64,000 bases of DNA from Myxococcota bacterium (GTDB taxonomy: Bacteria > Myxococcota_A > UBA9160 > SZUA-336). Positions 59,577 through 64,000 of the stretch are shown here, piece after piece. The DNA lies in NCBI GenBank assembly GCA_965247115.1, contig CBDFGR010000003.1:1760001-1824000 (forward strand), in the 5' to 3' direction. The notes under the pieces are model-generated. The model saw only the letters and a list, made by a program, of their open reading frames with translations, did no database searches and was not told the origin of the DNA. A program made the position numbers and the translations under genes. Numbering within the stretch: position 1 is the first letter of the stretch; each line of letters starts with the position of its first letter.

Positions 59577-60593
59577 TTGTCCCTACTGGCCCGCGAGATC
59601 CACGATCAGCCGAGGGTCCTGGCGCGATTCGGCCGGCGGGAGGGGAAGCGGGTACGCGCCCTGGGAGCCAAGCTCGGGCGTTCGTCACCGGTCGGCGTTC
59701 TGGTCGCCGCGCGCGGCAGCTCCGATCACGCCGCCATCTACGCCAAGTATCTGTTCGGGCAGCGCCTCGGCCTGCCGGTGGCGCTCGCCGCGCCCTCGCT
59801 GATCACGGCGTACGAGGGTGGGCTCCAGCTCGAAGGCTGGCTCACTCTCGCCATCTCCCAGTCCGGCGCCTCACCGGACGTGGTGTCGGTCATCGCGTCC
59901 GCGCGCAGCCAGGGCAGCCAGACCCTGGTGATCACCGATCGACAGGACTCCGACCTGGCCCAGAACGCTGATGACGTCATCCCGCTTCACGTCGGAGGGG
60001 AGCGCAGCGTGGCCGCAACAGGGACCTTCAGTACCTCTCTCTACGCCCTCGCGCACCTCTGCATAGGCTGGCAGGGCTGCGATGCGGATGCGGCGCTGCT
60101 TGACGAGGTTCCCGAGCGTCTCGGGTGCGCGCTCGAGTGTGAGGACCAGGTCCGCTCGCTCGCCGCCAGCCTGGCCGGCAAGGACTCGGTGGTGGTGATC
60201 GGGCGCGGCTTCGGCTTCCCGATCGCGCTCGAGTGGTCTCTCAAGCTGAAAGAGATCGCGGCTGTCTCCGCCGAGGCGTTCTCTGCTGCGGATTACCGGC
60301 ACGGTCCTATCGCCCTCGCAACAGGGGGGGCTCCCGTGCTGCTCTGCGACACCGCCGCGTCGACGCGCCAGGAGTTATGCGAGCTCGAGCGGGAGCTCGC
60401 GAGCAGATCCGTGGACGTGCACCGCATCTCCGATACGGAAGAGGCCACGGTCACCATTCCGCTGGGCCCCGAGTGGCTCGCGCCGATTCCCGCGGCCGTG
60501 CCTGGCCAGCTGCTCGCCTACCACGTGGCGCGCGCTCGGGGCATGGACCCCGACAGCCCGCGCGGCCTGCGTAAGGTGACGCAGACCTTGTAG
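59577..60593 (+). CDS. SIS-domain sugar isomerase (GlmS C-terminal-like, no glutaminase domain)
   Basis: EIHDQP, ARGSSDHA, ISQSGASPD, ERSVAAT, LKLKE, HGPIAL, PRGLRKVTQT. Confidence 0.87.
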   Translation: MSLLAREIHDQPRVLARFGRREGKRVRALGAKLGRSSPVGVLVAARGSSDHAAIYAKYLFGQRLGLPVALAAPSLITAYEGGLQLEGWLTLAISQSGASPDVVSVIASARSQGSQTLVITDRQDSDLAQNADDVIPLHVGGERSVAATGTFSTSLYALAHLCIGWQGCDADAALLDEVPERLGCALECEDQVRSLAASLAGKDSVVVIGRGFGFPIALEWSLKLKEIAAVSAEAFSAADYRHGPIALATGGAPVLLCDTAASTRQELCELERELASRSVDVHRISDTEEATVTIPLGPEWLAPIPAAVPGQLLAYHVARARGMDPDSPRGLRKVTQTL

Positions 60594-60682
60594 TGTGGGA
60601 CCCGGCCTGCGGGCGTCCGCAGGCCACCCACCTCCGCTCAGGGCTTCGCCCCTCGCTGCGCGCCCCGCTTCGCGGCGCTTGC
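60594..60682 (+). repeat. Dispersed palindromic element directly after a stop codon
   Basis: TGTGGGACCCGG...GGCCACCCACCTCCGCTC...CTCGCTGCGCGCCCCG...CGGCGCTTGC. Confidence 0.85.
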
Positions 60683-61041
60683 AGGGCGCGGCTCGAGTGT
60701 CTGGTAGCAGAGCTCGAGTCCCGGGCGGGGCCAGTCTGTCGCGACGAGTCGTCCCGTGAGGCCGTGACGAGCGGCGGTCCGAACGGGGCGGTCGTGGGTA
60801 AGGCGCCAGCTTCCCCGATTCCGAACTTTCTGGAAGACATGGGCCCTCGAATGGGGCATGCTAGCGGTGTGGGGCAACCCCGGTTGTCCCCCTCTCCGCT
60901 GGCAGGCCGCGGGGTGCGGCCGCTTCTACTAGGAGAGCCCAGAGAAGTCGGCCCCCAGCCCCGGACCTCGATTGTAGTCCCGCCTGGCAAGGGCGCATCC
61001 GGACGACAGAGCAGCGGCTTGCGGCGAGAAGGAACGCGGCA

Positions 61042-61527
61042 GTGAACGACGACGACCAGAAGCCTTCCTTCAGCGAGCTCGATCGCAGACGCCGCGAGAA
61101 GAAGCGCAACGGCGGCGGCGGGGAGCGCCGTCCGCGCGGGGCGAAGACCCAGCGACGCTCGCGAGCCGCCTCCGCCTCGTACCGCCGACGCGTGGAGGAG
61201 CGCCTGTTCGGAAAGAAGGGCGATCGGGCGCGCCTGCGTCTGGAGCAGCGCCTGCGCGATGCCCACGGAACGCCGAACCTCCAACGTACCTACCGCGAGT
61301 ACGTCCGGGAGGCTGGCGTGCCGGAAGACGTGAGCTTGCTGGGCATGCTGCTCGACCTGGGCGACGAGCGCGATCTTCTGCAGGTCACCGACGCGATCGA
61401 GAGCCAGCTCGACGCGATCCACCCCGACCAGCGCTCGCTCCTGCGCAGCCGGCTGCGCAACCTTGAGATGTCGACGTCCTCTGATGCGGTCGCCGACGCC
61501 GCGACGGACCTACTCTCTCAGCTCTGA
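61042..61527 (+). CDS. Hypothetical protein
   Basis: Typical codon usage; basic N-terminus (KPSFSELDRRR) and helical acidic C-terminus. Confidence 0.7.
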   Translation: MNDDDQKPSFSELDRRRREKKRNGGGGERRPRGAKTQRRSRAASASYRRRVEERLFGKKGDRARLRLEQRLRDAHGTPNLQRTYREYVREAGVPEDVSLLGMLLDLGDERDLLQVTDAIESQLDAIHPDQRSLLRSRLRNLEMSTSSDAVADAATDLLSQL

Positions 61528-61601
61528 GACCCGAGCACCGAGCTCGCTCCGCCGGCAGCGGGGGATTCTACTCCCCCGGCTTGTCGTTATACTCGCCGGC
61601 C

Positions 61602-62063
61602 ATGACGGCTCCGCCAGCCAGACAGAATCCGGTGATACTCGGACTCCGGAAGGTCTCTGCGGGGCGCCCTCTCTACATGAACGTGCTCTTTGCCTTCTGC
61701 GCCTACATGACCCTGGTGTACCTGCCCTTCGATCTGTTCTGGAAGCCCGCCGCAGAGGATCAGGAAGTGTGGTTCGGCCTCACCCTCACAGGCTGGGCCG
61801 CCAAGGCGACAGAGCCGCTCCATTGGGCGATCTACGCCGCGGGCACCTGGGGCTTTTGGAAGATGCGGCGTTGGATGCATCCCTGGGCGAGCCTCTATGT
61901 GGTTCAGATCGCGCTCGGGATGTTCGTCTGGAACCTTCTCACCGAGGGCAGCCCTGGCTGGTGGGCGGGCGCGATCTCCAGTCTGCCCTTCGCCGCCGTT
62001 GCGTTTGCTCTCTGGTGGCACCGCAGGCTGTTCACCACCGTTCGGGGATCCGTGGCGGGATGA
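61602..62063 (+). CDS. Hypothetical membrane protein
   Basis: Four hydrophobic segments; PFDLFWKP, QEVWFG, HPWASLY; ATGA-coupled to the next gene. Confidence 0.72.
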   Translation: MTAPPARQNPVILGLRKVSAGRPLYMNVLFAFCAYMTLVYLPFDLFWKPAAEDQEVWFGLTLTGWAAKATEPLHWAIYAAGTWGFWKMRRWMHPWASLYVVQIALGMFVWNLLTEGSPGWWAGAISSLPFAAVAFALWWHRRLFTTVRGSVAG

Positions 62064-63763
62064 GCTCCGCGCAGGCGCTGCGCGATCTGCTCGAACGCAT
62101 CGACGGTCGCCAATACGGCTACTACAAGGACCTGGCCCAGCAGAGCTACGAGATCGGTCCCTACACGGTATCCTTCGACCACGTCCAGGGTGATCCCTTT
62201 GCGGCTCCCACGCGCGTCTCCGTGGTGCTGCCGTCAGAGACGCTGCGGCTGCCCGACTGGGCCTGCGCGAATCCAGACGCGCGTCGCGCGAGCGCCGATC
62301 ACCTGCAGCGCGCCGTGCGACGCGAGCTCGCCCGCGTTCCGCGCGGCAGTGGCAGCGGGAAGAGCGGACAGCTCGAGATCGCGCGAATGGGGCAAGAGGT
62401 GCTCGAGCGCAGCGCAGCTCGCGTCTCGCCGGGGGGCATGCTGCGTCTGCGAATCACGGTCGGGCTGCCCGCGTCGGGGCGCAGGATCCGCGGGCGCCAG
62501 GCCAGCGAGCTCTTGCTGGAGCTACTCCCGGAGGCTCTCGACCGCGTGGTCGATGGCATCGACCAGGATGCGCTGCGCAGCTGGGTCCACGCCGTCGAGG
62601 ACCAGGTCGCGTTGCGCGCGCAGCTCGCCGACGTCGGGCTCGTGTCCTTTCTCGCTTCTGGCAGCGGGTTGCCCCGGCGCAGCGGTGCGGACGACCGGCC
62701 GCTCGGCGACCCGATCCGGCTCGAAGTCCCCGAAGGGCTGCGGTGCGAGCTCGACGCTCCGCATGCGGGGACGCTCGTGGGACTCGCCATCCCGGGTGGC
62801 GTCACGCTGATCGTGGGTGGGGGGTATCACGGCAAGTCGACGCTGCTCCAGGCGCTTGCCCTTGGCGTATACGACCACATTCCCGGTGACGGGCGCGAGG
62901 TGTGTGTGAGTTCAGCCGACGCCGTGTGTATCCGTGCGGAGGACGGACGGGCGGTGGGCGGAGTGGACCTCCGCCCGTTTATTCGCGCTCTGCCGCTCGG
63001 GCGCCGGACCGATCGCTTCGAGAGCGACGACGCGTCGGGTAGCACCTCGCAGGCGGCCGCCATCATCGAGGCGCTCGAGGCAGGAGCCAGCGCGCTCCTG
63101 ATCGACGAGGACACCGCGGCGACGAATTTCATGATCCGTGACGCGCGCATGCGGCGCCTGGTACCGCGCGACAAGGAGCCGATTACCCCCTATCTCGATC
63201 GCGTCCGCCAGCTCTGGGAAGAGCGCGGGGTCTCCTCGGTACTGGTTGTCGGCGGCGCTGGCGATTACCTCGACGTCGCCGACCGCGTGATCCGGATGGA
63301 CTCCTACCGGCCGTGCGATGCCACCGCGCAGGCCGTCACCGTGGCGCGGGAGCTTCCGCTGGGCGAGGCAGGAGCGCGCGTGCCGGATCCCTGGACGGAG
63401 GCGGCGCCGCGCATCCCCGATCCCCGTAGCTTCGATCCGAGTCGGGGGCAGCGCTCCGAGCGCGTGCGCAGCGTGAAGACGCGTGCGATCGAGTTCGGTC
63501 GCGAGGAGATCGACGTGTCGCTGCTCTACCAGCTCGTCGACCCTGCGCAGTGTAGGGCGATCGGAGACGCACTGCTGCGGCTCTCTCGATCGCTGTGCGA
63601 CGGCACAAGGAGCGTGCCCGAGCTGCTCGACGAGATCGACGCCCGGATCGAAGCTGGAGGCCTCGAGGAGATCACCGAGCCGAGCTTTGGCGACCGGGCG
63701 CGGCCGCGTCGCTACGAGATCGCGTCCGCCCTGAACCGGATGCGCACGCTCGCGCTCCTCTAA
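62060..63763 (+). CDS. Predicted ABC-class ATPase (ABC_ATPase domain protein)
   Basis: HVQGDPFAAP, LPRRSG, VGGGYHGKST, IRAEDGR, ASGSTSQAA, LIDEDTAATNFMIRD. Confidence 0.85.
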   Translation: MSSAQALRDLLERIDGRQYGYYKDLAQQSYEIGPYTVSFDHVQGDPFAAPTRVSVVLPSETLRLPDWACANPDARRASADHLQRAVRRELARVPRGSGSGKSGQLEIARMGQEVLERSAARVSPGGMLRLRITVGLPASGRRIRGRQASELLLELLPEALDRVVDGIDQDALRSWVHAVEDQVALRAQLADVGLVSFLASGSGLPRRSGADDRPLGDPIRLEVPEGLRCELDAPHAGTLVGLAIPGGVTLIVGGGYHGKSTLLQALALGVYDHIPGDGREVCVSSADAVCIRAEDGRAVGGVDLRPFIRALPLGRRTDRFESDDASGSTSQAAAIIEALEAGASALLIDEDTAATNFMIRDARMRRLVPRDKEPITPYLDRVRQLWEERGVSSVLVVGGAGDYLDVADRVIRMDSYRPCDATAQAVTVARELPLGEAGARVPDPWTEAAPRIPDPRSFDPSRGQRSERVRSVKTRAIEFGREEIDVSLLYQLVDPAQCRAIGDALLRLSRSLCDGTRSVPELLDEIDARIEAGGLEEITEPSFGDRARPRRYEIASALNRMRTLALL

Positions 63764-63867
63764 GCGTCGTCCCCCCGGGTACAATGCGGGTCACGAACGA
63801 GCCGGCGTCCACCTGCACAACCGCGGTCGGTTTGTAGAATCCAACGCTCGTCAAGGAGGCTGTTCTG

Positions 63868-64000
63868 ATGGACTACCAGGAGATCGAGTACGCCGTCGAG
63901 GATCGCGTTCTGACGCTCACGCTGAACCGTCCCGAGAAGCTGAACGCCTACACGAATCAGATGCAGACAGAGCTGATCGACGCGATCGATCGGGCGGACG
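63868..64000 (+). CDS. Enoyl-CoA hydratase/isomerase family protein, truncated by window edge
   Basis: AGGAGG RBS; MDYQEIEYAVEDRVLTLTLNRPEKLNAYT. Confidence 0.85.
   Translation, partial: MDYQEIEYAVEDRVLTLTLNRPEKLNAYTNQMQTELIDAIDRAD

Noticed and set aside
60713..60733. tRNA 3'-end-like CTCGAGTCCCGGGCGGGGCCA (possible att site)
   Set aside because: No GTTC T-loop, no pairing 5' T-stem, no cloverleaf and no integrase.
60593..61045. 150-aa ORF after the SIS gene
   Set aside because: Begins inside the repeat element, has low-information composition and no motifs.

Overview
GC-rich bacterial chromosomal window (GC estimated by eye at roughly two thirds). Gene content suggests Myxococcota or a related deltaproteobacterial lineage, which is inference only. 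It holds about 60 CDS: DNA-repair genes (RecB-like nuclease, xth, addB-addA, imuB-dnaE2 and a separate imuA), an RDD-SpoIIM-DUF4129-DUF4350-MoxR-DUF58 operon, many lipid/CoA and redox enzymes, egtB and msrA. No rRNA, tRNA, CRISPR array, transposase or prophage was seen. Main observations: (1) a dispersed ~80-120 nt palindromic repeat with at least 9 copies, three of them in-frame inside addA, dnaE2 and imuB in three different reading frames and one forming the C-terminus of imuA; (2) strand-biased codon erosion flanking these repeats; (3) a DsbA-like gene with in-frame UGA at the first CXXC position followed by a SECIS-like hairpin, i.e. a probable selenoprotein; (4) a highly structured ~330 nt non-coding region behind a TTGACT box; (5) a shared CGAA-N7-CGAA operator candidate upstream of both halves of the split imuA / imuB-dnaE2 cassette; (6) a ferritin-like DUF455 / ATP-grasp fusion protein. 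All calls come from manual motif reading; no database searches were run.
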